A stretch of 64,000 nucleotides of DNA from NCBI GenBank assembly GCA_037969035.1, contig JBBKWU010000021.1, positions 43,178 to 107,177 on the forward strand, in the 5' to 3' direction. The notes under the pieces were generated by a model. It was not told the DNA's origin. It made no database searches and was given only the letters and a program-made list of their open reading frames with translations. The translations under genes and the position numbers were made by a program. This DNA is from Bdellovibrionales bacterium. GTDB taxonomy: Bacteria; Pseudomonadota; Alphaproteobacteria; Micavibrionales; Micavibrionaceae. Each line of letters begins with the position of its first letter. Position 1 is the first letter of the stretch. Below are positions 47,507 to 57,239 of this stretch, in pieces.

Positions 47507-50368
47507 ATGTTTTTAATGTTAACCAAAGGACAAATTTTTCGCTACTTAGTGATGCCGGAGTTTCTTCCGCGCATTAAAGAGTTGTTTGGCTCAGGCTTTG
47601 GACACATTGCATTTTTTATTGCCCACATATACCGTGCAGCGCGCCTTCTTCCAAAGTTTCACCCTTATTTGAATCCTACGAATATTGGACGTTTTAACAT
47701 ACAAAACGTTATTAGTGAGGCCGCCAAAAATTTAAAATTCAAAAAAGACAACACGGATCAGATCATTATCTTTTTTATAATTCTGCTCGGTCTTGTTGTT
47801 CTTTTGGCGCAATGCGCGACCCTTGTATTGGGGTTGTTCTTTTTAAACTCTGCTCATGCAACAATACCGTTAAACTTTTTCCAATTTTTTCAAACAATCC
47901 AACCGCCCGACAATGATGTTGCCTTCGTACTTTTAGATATGGTGTTTGGTGTTCCTGACTTTTTCAACTCTTGTGTTTCCAAAGGTGTTGTATGCTTTGA
48001 AAAAGGTGCGAATAATATGGTCAGCGGATTACCTGGAAACGCGAACGCCACATACGATGCCTACTCTGACTACAACCGCTTGGTATCCGTTGGTGCCTAT
48101 CCGTTTCCGACCCCCTTCCATGAAGCATTGCGCAATATGATGCAGCTTTATAGCATCGGCCTTTTGGTCATCGCGATGCTTATCTTTATATATTTCATAA
48201 TCGCCATCGTTGCAGAAACTGCGCAAGAAGGTACACCGTTTGGCAGACGTTTCAACAAAGTTTGGGCGCCGCTACGTATGGTTATGGCACTCGGGTTATT
48301 GATCCCGATCACAAATGGTTTAAATAGTGCCCAATACATTGTGCTCTATGCTGCTAAATTCGGATCAAACTTTGCAACAAATGGCTGGGTTATATTCACA
48401 GACACCGTTGTCACAGGAACAAATACATTACTCGGCGATCAAAACGATCTGGTTGCTACACCGCGAACGCCCGAAGTTAACGCGCTAGTCGAATTCTTTA
48501 CGATCATGGCCACCTGTATCCGCGCTGAATTATTGGTCAATAGCCGAACGGTGCTGCCATGGCACGTTATTCCTAATAGTGGCACAGGACCAAACGTCCT
48601 CCCTGCGTTGCAGGGCACAACATTTGCGCAAGCTCTGGCATTTTACGAGAACAGAGATATCTTGATTGTATTTGGTGACCAAACAGTCAGAACCGATGGC
48701 AACGATGTATCCGCATCTTATCAGGGCGGTATTGCGCCCGTTTGTGGCTCCATTGTTTTACCGATACCGACGGTAAACCAAACAGATGGTCCGGGCGCAT
48801 GGCAGGTGACAGAACAATATTACGAGTTACTTTTAACCCCCTTATGGAATCAAGCTTTCACGGCGGGTGCCGCCTGTTCGGGCCCTGCCTGTCCTGTGCC
48901 TCCCGTCGGCTTCTGGAGTCCTACTGGAGGAACGCCAGGCTGGCTCAGAGAAATCGGTAGTAATATGGTTTTGAAATATATTCCCGATGCCGCGGATGGT
49001 ATGACACCGCCAACCGCGCTAACCTCAGATACCGTTGGCAATCCGACCATAGCCACCTTACAGGGCTTCATAGACATGTTCCAAACAAACCCCTTTGGTA
49101 TCGCTGGCATAACCCCCATAGAAACAATACTGGCAGACGCCGTCTTATTAACAGCAACCAGCGGCAATTGGACTTACGATCTCCAAGAACTTGGCTGGGG
49201 TGGTGCGGGTATTTGGTACAATAAGCTTGCCCAACTGAACGGTGCACTTGTCGCGTCGGCCTATAAACTTCCTTACATTAAAGAGTACCCAATACTCATG
49301 CAAGATGCCCATGCAAAACGGTTAGCTGCAAACGCATCCGTTATGGGATATGACCGTTTTAATCCTTATTTGGCAGAAGAAGAAACCGTCGAGACAAATC
49401 AGCCGGGTGATACAAACATACAAATAGCACTATATAATTCACAAGTAATTTGGAAAGATGTCTATACAAATGCATCAACGAACTTCTTTGTGGACTCGAT
49501 CATTGCTGTTTTTGGGCTCGATGGTCTTTTCAACATGGTTGACAACCCGACAATACACCCTCTGGCACAGTTGGTTGCCATCGGGAAAAGTCTTGTTGAA
49601 AGTTCGATCAGAAACCTTGGATTCTCCTTTATTGCCGGCGCCGTTGGTATCGCCGCGCAAGGCACGCCATTTGGCCCGCTCGCAGATGTTGCCAGCAGCT
49701 TTGCCTCAAGCATCGGCTTGATTGGTTTGGGCGTTGGGTTTGTTCTGTTTTACATTATCCCGTTCTTGCCGTTTATTTACTTCTTTTTTGCGGTTGGTGG
49801 ATGGGTCAAAGGTATTTTTGAAGCCATGGTTGGCGTGCCGTTATGGGCGTTGGCGCACATTCGTATCGACGGCAACGGACTACCGGGCGATGCGGCGATG
49901 GGTGGTTACTACCTCATTTTGGAAATTTTCCTGCGGCCGATATTGATCATCTTCGGATTAATCGCGAGTATTATCATTTTCTCAGCACAGGTAAAAGTTC
50001 TCAACGAAATATGGTCATTGGTTACAACCAACCTCAGCGGTTTTGATGATGCTAAGGCCAAAACTGTCGGTGCTGGTTTAACGGGTGCTGTCGAATATAT
50101 GCGCGGCCATGTCGACCGTTTCTTCTTTACAATTATATATGCCATCATTGTTTATCTTCTAGCGATGTCATCGTTCAAATTAGTGACACTGATCCCTAAT
50201 AACATTCTTCGCTGGATGGGAGCCAACGTACAGTCATTCGGTGACCAGAGCGATGATCCGGCACAAAACCTTGTTCGGAACACCATGTTGGGCAGTAACA
50301 TCGCTACCCAAAGCGTGGGTGGCTCAATCGGACGCTTGAAGGGTTCCCTGACTGGTGGCGGCGGTTAA
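47507..50368 (+). CDS. large polytopic membrane protein, paralogue 2 of 3
   Basis: 953 aa. ATG start with an aaagg RBS 6 nt upstream. It has the same architecture and motif blocks (GSGFG, PFGRRFN, GWGGAGIWYN, FFFAVGGWVKGIFEAMVGVPLWALAHIRIDGNGLP). Confidence 0.88.
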   Translation: MFLMLTKGQIFRYLVMPEFLPRIKELFGSGFGHIAFFIAHIYRAARLLPKFHPYLNPTNIGRFNIQNVISEAAKNLKFKKDNTDQIIIFFIILLGLVVLLAQCATLVLGLFFLNSAHATIPLNFFQFFQTIQPPDNDVAFVLLDMVFGVPDFFNSCVSKGVVCFEKGANNMVSGLPGNANATYDAYSDYNRLVSVGAYPFPTPFHEALRNMMQLYSIGLLVIAMLIFIYFIIAIVAETAQEGTPFGRRFNKVWAPLRMVMALGLLIPITNGLNSAQYIVLYAAKFGSNFATNGWVIFTDTVVTGTNTLLGDQNDLVATPRTPEVNALVEFFTIMATCIRAELLVNSRTVLPWHVIPNSGTGPNVLPALQGTTFAQALAFYENRDILIVFGDQTVRTDGNDVSASYQGGIAPVCGSIVLPIPTVNQTDGPGAWQVTEQYYELLLTPLWNQAFTAGAACSGPACPVPPVGFWSPTGGTPGWLREIGSNMVLKYIPDAADGMTPPTALTSDTVGNPTIATLQGFIDMFQTNPFGIAGITPIETILADAVLLTATSGNWTYDLQELGWGGAGIWYNKLAQLNGALVASAYKLPYIKEYPILMQDAHAKRLAANASVMGYDRFNPYLAEEETVETNQPGDTNIQIALYNSQVIWKDVYTNASTNFFVDSIIAVFGLDGLFNMVDNPTIHPLAQLVAIGKSLVESSIRNLGFSFIAGAVGIAAQGTPFGPLADVASSFASSIGLIGLGVGFVLFYIIPFLPFIYFFFAVGGWVKGIFEAMVGVPLWALAHIRIDGNGLPGDAAMGGYYLILEIFLRPILIIFGLIASIIIFSAQVKVLNEIWSLVTTNLSGFDDAKAKTVGAGLTGAVEYMRGHVDRFFFTIIYAIIVYLLAMSSFKLVTLIPNNILRWMGANVQSFGDQSDDPAQNLVRNTMLGSNIATQSVGGSIGRLKGSLTGGGG

Positions 50369-50412
50369 TTTATGAACACGACCATTAGTCAGCAACACAT
50401 AAGGGGTACATA

Positions 50413-52962
50413 TTGAACATCACAACCCGAAAAGCTCTTCGCACTGTTTTACTGCCCGGGATACTTCCTCGGGTACGTGATCTTTTTGGTTCTGGTTTCA
50501 GCTATCTGTCACTTTTTATTGCGCAGGTTTTTTTCGCGGTTCGTTTACTACCTGCTAATCACCCTTATCTCAATCACGCGAATACAGGGCGCTTTGGTAT
50601 CCGCCATGTGATCTCCGAAGCACGACGTAATTTGGTTTTCAAGTGGGATCGCTTGGACCAAATTATTGTATTTTTCCTGATTATTATCGGCATATTTATG
50701 TTGCTCGGGCAGTTTGCTTTATTAGTTTTTGCACTGTTTACACAGGCCGCGCACGCAAGCCTTGCCGCCTATTACGCTTCATTTTTTGTAACAGCACTCC
50801 CGAATAACGATATTGCATTTATGACACTGGACCGTGTTTTTGGAATACCTGGGATGTTTCAATCAAAAGTGGATGTTGCATCCTTTGATGGCCCCTTCCC
50901 AAGCCCGTTTCACACAGGTCTACATACTCTGTTGATGTTTTATAGTATCGGGATTTTTACCGTCGCAATTATCTTGATTTTATATTTTGCCATTACCATT
51001 GTTGGTGAAACAGCAGAGTCTGGAACCCCTTTCGGGAAGCGTTTTAATCCATGGTTCGGCTTGCGTTTTGTGATTGCTATTGCCGCTTTGGCACCCATTT
51101 ATATGGGGATGAGCCTTGGGCAATTAACAGTACTGAGGATGGCAAAATTAGGGTCAAGCGTTGCCACCAATGGCTGGATTTACTTTAATAACGCGCTCAC
51201 TGGTGAAACATTAGGCGGTACACCAGCACAGCTTGTCTCCATTCCAAATGAGCCAGACATCAACACCTTGATTGAATTTATGTCGGTTGTACAGACATGT
51301 AAGATTGCTGAAGATAAAATGCACAACCGTACAATTGAGGCGTATCTCGTCTATAATAACAATGCTGCCGCTCGGGCTTTTAGTGGCTCGACATTCATTC
51401 AAGCCCTTGCAGACTCAGGAAATAACAATTTCATTATACGGTTTGGGATAGAGAATGCCGTAGATTATCCACTTGAAAAAGGCAATGTTGCACCGATTTG
51501 TGGTGAATTAAACTTCCTTATTACCGACGCAGAAGAAGATGGTGCGATGTCACTTCAAAGTGACTACTATGACTTCATCGATACATTATGGACGGATGGC
51601 CTAATTTTTGCTAATGCCAACAACATGGCGTTACGTTTACTTCCAATGATGGACAAAGACCCGTTTGCGCTTATGCCGGACGCTGCCTATATCACGGCAC
51701 AACGATCATTATATATGGCAGACATAGCCAGCGCCATTTCAGCCGCCGTAACGGCGCAGATCGCAAGTGGTAAATGGGCTGCCAATACAACAGATCGCGG
51801 TTGGGCAGGAGCGGCCATTTGGTACAACCTAATCGCACAGCTCAATGGCGGCCTTATTGCTTCGGCGCGTAATCTCCCGACACCCGCACTTTATCCTGCC
51901 GTCATGGAACAAGTAAAAGAACAGCGCAAAGCGGCAGATGAGCAAGTCACACCCCATGAACGTTATAAACCTTATTTATCAGACGGAACCATGGTTGATT
52001 TTTATATGCCTGAAGATATGTACATCTCGGTTCTGCTATATTCCGCACAGGCTCTATGGTTTGATAAAGCTGAAATTGAGGCATCAGGCAATATTCTGAT
52101 TGATATGGTGAATATGATTTTCGGGACAAAGGGTATCTTTGACATCATAGAAAATACAAATATTCACCCCCTAGCGCAAATTGTCGCGATTGGTCGCGGT
52201 TTAATCGAAAGCGCGATCGTCAATTTAGGGTTTGCCTTTGGTGGCTTTGTGGCGGGCGGTCTTGGTAACATTTTTGGTGACTTCATTGGGGTCCTCGGTA
52301 AGGTGGTTGCTGGATTTTCAACAAAAATTGCGATGATCGGTCTATCTTTGGGCTTTATTCTTTTCTACGTCGTACCATTCATGCCCTTTCTCTACTTCTT
52401 CTTTGCCTTTGGCGGTTGGATCAAAAGCATATTTGAAGCGATCGTTGGTATCCCTTTATGGGCTTTGTCACTTATTAGGATAGACGGTGAAGGCATTCCC
52501 GGTCCCAACGGCATGAACGGCATATGGCTGGTTTTTGAGATATTTTTAAGACCCATTCTGATTATTTTCGGCTTTATTGCTGCGGTGGTGATCTTTTCCG
52601 CATTGGTAAAAACATTGCACGAAATATGGTATCTGGTGGTTACAAACTTGACAGGTAACGACATGGCAACGGTAACGCCTACTGGCCCAGGCAGTATTGC
52701 ATATTACAGGCATCCCATCGATCAATTCTTCTATACAATTTTGTACGCCATTGTTGTTTATGTGATCGGCATGTCATGTTTTAAACTAATTGATGCTATT
52801 CCAAACACCATGCTGCGCTGGATGGGTCAAAGCGTTCAGACATTCCAAGAATCAGATCGAAACCCTGCAGAAAGCATTGTACAGACTCTATTTGGCGGCA
52901 CACAGGCGGTTATGGGGCAAGCCTCAGGTGCCTTTGGTAGTTTACTGGGTCGAAACCGTTAA
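50413..52962 (+). CDS. large polytopic membrane protein, paralogue 3 of 3
   Basis: 849 aa. TTG start with an aagggg RBS 6 nt upstream. It has the same architecture and motif blocks (GSGFS, PFGKRFN, GWAGAAIWYN, FFFAFGGWIKSIFEAIVGIPLWALSLIRIDGEGIP). Confidence 0.85.
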   Translation: MNITTRKALRTVLLPGILPRVRDLFGSGFSYLSLFIAQVFFAVRLLPANHPYLNHANTGRFGIRHVISEARRNLVFKWDRLDQIIVFFLIIIGIFMLLGQFALLVFALFTQAAHASLAAYYASFFVTALPNNDIAFMTLDRVFGIPGMFQSKVDVASFDGPFPSPFHTGLHTLLMFYSIGIFTVAIILILYFAITIVGETAESGTPFGKRFNPWFGLRFVIAIAALAPIYMGMSLGQLTVLRMAKLGSSVATNGWIYFNNALTGETLGGTPAQLVSIPNEPDINTLIEFMSVVQTCKIAEDKMHNRTIEAYLVYNNNAAARAFSGSTFIQALADSGNNNFIIRFGIENAVDYPLEKGNVAPICGELNFLITDAEEDGAMSLQSDYYDFIDTLWTDGLIFANANNMALRLLPMMDKDPFALMPDAAYITAQRSLYMADIASAISAAVTAQIASGKWAANTTDRGWAGAAIWYNLIAQLNGGLIASARNLPTPALYPAVMEQVKEQRKAADEQVTPHERYKPYLSDGTMVDFYMPEDMYISVLLYSAQALWFDKAEIEASGNILIDMVNMIFGTKGIFDIIENTNIHPLAQIVAIGRGLIESAIVNLGFAFGGFVAGGLGNIFGDFIGVLGKVVAGFSTKIAMIGLSLGFILFYVVPFMPFLYFFFAFGGWIKSIFEAIVGIPLWALSLIRIDGEGIPGPNGMNGIWLVFEIFLRPILIIFGFIAAVVIFSALVKTLHEIWYLVVTNLTGNDMATVTPTGPGSIAYYRHPIDQFFYTILYAIVVYVIGMSCFKLIDAIPNTMLRWMGQSVQTFQESDRNPAESIVQTLFGGTQAVMGQASGAFGSLLGRNR

Positions 52963-53011
52963 CGCTTCTCCTGCGACCCAATCCGCAGCCACACAAAAAC
53001 ATACGGTAACA

Positions 53012-53056
53012 ATACAAAAAACCTGCATGGCGATGAGCGATGCAGGTTCATTTATT
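53012..53056. terminator. bidirectional hairpin terminator between paralogue 3 (+) and mlaC (-)
   Basis: A perfect 9-bp stem aacctgcat / atgcaggtt (53020-53028 and 53040-53048) has an 11-nt loop. On the minus strand it is followed by tttttgtatt, and on the plus strand by catttatt. Confidence 0.65.
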
Positions 53057-53081
53057 CAATATATTTCGCAGAGAACTGTAA

Positions 53082-53810
53082 TTACTTAGAAGTGCCTGCT
53101 GCCGCTTGCTGCCGCAAATGCTCAAGAAGAACATCGATGTTGCCGCCGCCACGCTGGATCACAGAGGAAAAGTCAGAACGCTGCGTTACCGACATGCTCA
53201 CCCCTTCAACCATCACATCAATCACCTGATAGCTTCCGTTCTTTTTGCGGACACGCCAGTCAATTTGCACTTCTGAGCCATTATCGGGCACTAAGAATGA
53301 GCTAACAATTGCATCCTTATCACCATCCTGACGCACGGAGCGCGTCTCAAATTTCTGCCCTTCATAATCATTAAACCGTGCTGTATACACCGTAACGATC
53401 ATTTTTTTGAACAGATCCATGTACTCTTTCTTTTGCGCGTCACTCGCGGTGCGCCAATAGCGACCGAGCGCAAAGCGCGCAATTGTATTCATATCAAAGC
53501 TATCTTCTAGCAAATCTTTAAACTTAGACGCCTTCGCATCAGTCGACAGTTTTTCATCAACCAAAAAGCCAAGGCCACGTTGAGCCATACTGTCGATAAA
53601 GCTCTTAGAACCTTCTCCCATATCCGTTTTATCGGCAACGAATTCGAGGTTACGATTTCCTGCGACAACAGCCGAAATCGCTGGATTTTCTAAGCTCATA
53701 AACGCAAATCCGACATCAACCGCACGGGCAGGAGAAACGCTAATCCCCGCCATTAAAGCAGAGACAGCAGAAACGGCCATAATTTTTTGAAATTGGAAAC
53801 GAAAAGGCAT
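53082..53810 (-). CDS. mlaC: MlaC/Ttg2D family periplasmic phospholipid-binding protein
   Basis: A signal peptide is present. Motifs: FDMNTIARFALGRYWRTASDAQKKEYMDLFKKMIVTVY ... YQVIDVMVEGVSM. The start is uncertain; candidates are 53810, 53780 and 53867. Confidence 0.88.
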   Translation of the reverse strand: MPFRFQFQKIMAVSAVSALMAGISVSPARAVDVGFAFMSLENPAISAVVAGNRNLEFVADKTDMGEGSKSFIDSMAQRGLGFLVDEKLSTDAKASKFKDLLEDSFDMNTIARFALGRYWRTASDAQKKEYMDLFKKMIVTVYTARFNDYEGQKFETRSVRQDGDKDAIVSSFLVPDNGSEVQIDWRVRKKNGSYQVIDVMVEGVSMSVTQRSDFSSVIQRGGGNIDVLLEHLRQQAAAGTSK

Positions 53811-53923
53811 AAACGAAAAATCCTTAATTAATCTATTCACCAGTGAATATAGTAAGCTTGGTTTCAATTACAATATTATTCTGTCAAAAACAAACAAATA
53901 ACACGCAACATCAGAACCCAATA

Positions 53924-54679
53924 TTATAGATCATCATAGTCAGGAATTTCCGGTGCATCATATTTGCTTGCATCGTGATCATTCACCAAAGCTTCGCGGT
54001 ATTGGTAATAGCTACTACGCATCGCAGCATAATAATCATACGAATTCGAACGCAAATCATCAAGCGTATCCAGAAGTTCTGTACGTGTATCAAGTGCTGT
54101 CATCCCCACGCGAGCATAATGCCAGCCTTCTTTCTCGATATTAAAGAGATAGATACGCAGAGGGTCTGCAAAGGAATCAACCAGTAAACCCGTTGAATCA
54201 CGCAATGAAGACGGCCCCATGAGCGGAATAACAACGTATGGCCCATGACCGACCCCCCAAACACCAAGTGTTTGGCCAAAATCTTCATGTTCGTATTCCA
54301 TACCTTCATAGCCAGCAACATCAAACAAGCCGCCAACACCGACGGTTGTATTAATCACAGCGCGTGCTGCCGTTTTTCCGGCGCCGCTCAAATCACCTTG
54401 CAAAACATCGTTTGCAAAGTTAACTGGTGATCTTAAATTCAAAAGAAAGTTATGTACGCCCTTACGTGCAGGCTCAGGAACCGCCGCTTTATATCCTTTA
54501 GCAACAGGTCTCAATATGGCTTGATCCAACGCATCATTTACCGCAAATACGCCACGGTTATAACTCTCAAACGGATCATAAATGCCGTTTTCTGTGGTTG
54601 TCTCTGCTGCTGTCGACGAACACGCCGCAAGCGCAAGGCAACAAACTGAAATCTGTAGTAATTTAGAAAAGCGCATCAT
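53924..54679 (-). CDS. mlaA: MlaA/VacJ family outer-membrane lipoprotein
   Basis: The lipobox is LALAAC. Motifs: DPFESYNRGVFAVNDALD, PVAKGYK, GVHNFLLNLRSPVNFANDVLQG and NTTVGVGGLFDVA. Confidence 0.93.
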   Translation of the reverse strand: MMRFSKLLQISVCCLALAACSSTAAETTTENGIYDPFESYNRGVFAVNDALDQAILRPVAKGYKAAVPEPARKGVHNFLLNLRSPVNFANDVLQGDLSGAGKTAARAVINTTVGVGGLFDVAGYEGMEYEHEDFGQTLGVWGVGHGPYVVIPLMGPSSLRDSTGLLVDSFADPLRIYLFNIEKEGWHYARVGMTALDTRTELLDTLDDLRSNSYDYYAAMRSSYYQYREALVNDHDASKYDAPEIPDYDDL

Positions 54680-54909
54680 AAAAGCTTCCTGTAAAATAAT
54701 AATCCGTTCATATATATTGAAAAAGCTTTAAACGCAAGCCCTCCCCTACCTATATTGAGTAAAGCAGTTTTTTCTTACTACTTCGTTAACAGAATGCATC
54801 TAAATTAACGTGCCAACATTCTGAAAAATATAAATAATTTATATACGCGATAGAATAATGGTTTGGAATTGAGACGAGGTCAATCCCGTATCTTGGGTTG
54901 ACCACAGCT

Positions 54910-56004
54910 TTAGCCATCTTCAAGGTTAAATATCACGGTAATACCGCATAATGTGGCAATAACAGCCGGCGACCAAGCCGCCAAAAAGACCGGTATTTGT
55001 TTAGATGCGCCCAAGGCCTGCAAAAAGCTCGACATGAAAAACACGACAAAGCCAATAAAAATGCCCGCGACAATCATTGTCAGCGTCCCACGCGTGCGCG
55101 GCGGACGAAGAGACACACACGCCGCCAACAATATCATAGCGACCAGCATTAAAGGCTGCGCGAGCAAGCTTTGAAAATGGATGCGAAGGCGCGTGGCATC
55201 AAAGCCTGTTGCCTCCATATTCCGAATAAAGCCGGGCAATCGCCAGAATGACATGGTATTCGGTGACGCAAAACTCTCTTCAATTTCATTGGCCGTTAGG
55301 GATGTTGGTAACGCCACAAGAGGAATATGACGAATTTTGTCGTTCTCATTCATATAAACATTTTCAAACGTCCACAGGCCATCCTTCAATGTTGCTTTTT
55401 CTGAATCCAGACGGCGAGCGAAATGATGCTCTGGATCATAAAACAGAACCATCACATCACCCAAAACCCAATCAGCCAGATTAATTTTTTCCGCATGCAA
55501 AATAGCGTAGCTGTTATCTTCTTCCGCCTGTCGCAGCCAAAAACCATCTTTAAAGAGTGTAATCGTACCCTTCTCTGATTTGATATGTTCATTTTCAAGC
55601 CGCTCATAATGCGACACAAACATCGCCCCCAGCGGATTAATCATGCTCATTTGCAATACGCCGACGCAAAGCCCCAACGCCATAACAGGCATTAAGAACT
55701 GCCAAACCGAAAACCCCGCAGACCGTACAACAATCAATTCATGGCGGCGCGTCAAATTCCAAAATGTGAACATAGCACTAAATAAAACAGCAAACGGGAC
55801 GACCATTTGCCCCACTTCGGGCAGCTTGAATAACCCCATTTGAAGAACGAGAGACAGCGACACACCTTCTGTTTTACCCGCACGGCGCAGGAGCTCAACC
55901 GTATCAAACATGTAAATAATCGAGAGCAACACCACAATCATAAAGACCAGATTTACAAAATAGCTGCGCGCCAGATAACGGCTTAATGTGAAAGAAAGCT
56001 TCAT
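54910..56004 (-). CDS. lptG: LPS export ABC transporter permease LptG
   Basis: 364 aa YjgP/YjgQ-type permease. The motif is LSRYLARSYF...ELIVVRSAGFSVWQ. There is a 4-nt overlap with lptF. Confidence 0.92.
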   Translation of the reverse strand: MKLSFTLSRYLARSYFVNLVFMIVVLLSIIYMFDTVELLRRAGKTEGVSLSLVLQMGLFKLPEVGQMVVPFAVLFSAMFTFWNLTRRHELIVVRSAGFSVWQFLMPVMALGLCVGVLQMSMINPLGAMFVSHYERLENEHIKSEKGTITLFKDGFWLRQAEEDNSYAILHAEKINLADWVLGDVMVLFYDPEHHFARRLDSEKATLKDGLWTFENVYMNENDKIRHIPLVALPTSLTANEIEESFASPNTMSFWRLPGFIRNMEATGFDATRLRIHFQSLLAQPLMLVAMILLAACVSLRPPRTRGTLTMIVAGIFIGFVVFFMSSFLQALGASKQIPVFLAAWSPAVIATLCGITVIFNLEDG

Positions 56005-57137
56005 GCGGTTTTCCGCCCCATTTTTAAAATATGCTTCACCCTGAAACCCTCGCCATAGCGGCTTAACAATAAAATACAGGTGCCCAAGGGGATAAAAACC
56101 AAAAGATACATCAAAACCAGCCCTATATTCTTATCATGCGCCATATTAAATGCTGCGAGATAAAGCGTTTGGATCAATACCGTGACCGCAATAGCAGTAA
56201 TCACCCGCCAACCTTGTCCACGCCGCTCCACCGCGCCAAGCAACATACAAGACAGTGACACAACTGTAAAAACAACAGCCAATAGCGGACTAACAAGACG
56301 CCTATGGATTTCAATCACAAAATCTCGTTTATACCGCATATCGCTGTCGTTTTCGGGATCAGGGTTCACGAGCTCCCATAAGGTGCGCTCATCAGGTTCT
56401 TTCCAGCGCGATTTAATCGCTGTCGCACCCTCAGGCAGGTCTATCGTATAACGATCAAAATCAAGTCTGTTTAAAACAGTGTTATCTTTCCCTAAATCCT
56501 GACGCGAGCCGTCAAACACAACCACTTGCTGACCTTCATCGGTGCTCACAATCACGCCGCTTTCCGCCAAAATAGTCACGGCTGATTTCGTTTCATCGCG
56601 ATTATCGTGAATCATAAGACCTTTGAGTTCACCATGCTCGGAGCGTTCCCGCACAAACACAGTCATACCAGGAATAACCGCATTAAAGACTCCCTCTTGA
56701 AACAAAAAGCTCGCATATTGTGCCTTCACAACCTGTCGTAGCTTTTGCATGTTGGCGAGCGCGGTGGGCGCAACCCACGAGGTCATCAACCACAATAAAA
56801 TAGCCACACCGATTGATAGCTGTATCGCAGGCCGCCCAAGCGACAAAGGGTTCGATCCAGAGGAACGCATAATCACAAGCTCGCTATCCATCACCATCTT
56901 GTTGTAAACGAACACCACCGAGGCCATAAGCGCAATCGGCAAGATAATCTCAAAGAAACGCGGCAAGGCAAGGAGCGTCAAAATCCAGAACATCGTACTC
57001 GACGCGCCTGAATCAATGACAAGCTCTAAAAACTTAAGGGATTGCGTCAGAAAAATGATAACAGCAAGCGTAACCGCCGTCAGTGACGTGGCAATAAAAA
57101 GGTTTTTCAGTAAATAGCGGTCAAAAACTTTCATCAC
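56001..57137 (-). CDS. lptF: LPS export ABC transporter permease LptF
   Basis: 378 aa. The motif is FDRYLLKNLF...SELVIMRSSGSNP. It is divergent from pepA, as is typical for alphaproteobacteria. Confidence 0.92.
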   Translation of the reverse strand: MMKVFDRYLLKNLFIATSLTAVTLAVIIFLTQSLKFLELVIDSGASSTMFWILTLLALPRFFEIILPIALMASVVFVYNKMVMDSELVIMRSSGSNPLSLGRPAIQLSIGVAILLWLMTSWVAPTALANMQKLRQVVKAQYASFLFQEGVFNAVIPGMTVFVRERSEHGELKGLMIHDNRDETKSAVTILAESGVIVSTDEGQQVVVFDGSRQDLGKDNTVLNRLDFDRYTIDLPEGATAIKSRWKEPDERTLWELVNPDPENDSDMRYKRDFVIEIHRRLVSPLLAVVFTVVSLSCMLLGAVERRGQGWRVITAIAVTVLIQTLYLAAFNMAHDKNIGLVLMYLLVFIPLGTCILLLSRYGEGFRVKHILKMGRKTA

Positions 57138-57239
57138 GGCTCAAAATTTCTTATTAGCTCTAGTGCTTTTCGCTGGAGCAGCATATATTGTTAGCATTAA
57201 AAAGAAAATGATTTACTGTTTTACCGAGGACGAAGCTTC

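Noticed and set aside
44692-52962. Calling the triplet a type IV secretion locus or a conjugative/integrative element
   Set aside because: No ATPase, relaxase, pilin, coupling protein, integrase or other dot/icm/tra/virB-like ORF is present anywhere in the window. The flanks are core genes with no tRNA or repeat boundaries. Only a family-level resemblance, unverified, is retained.
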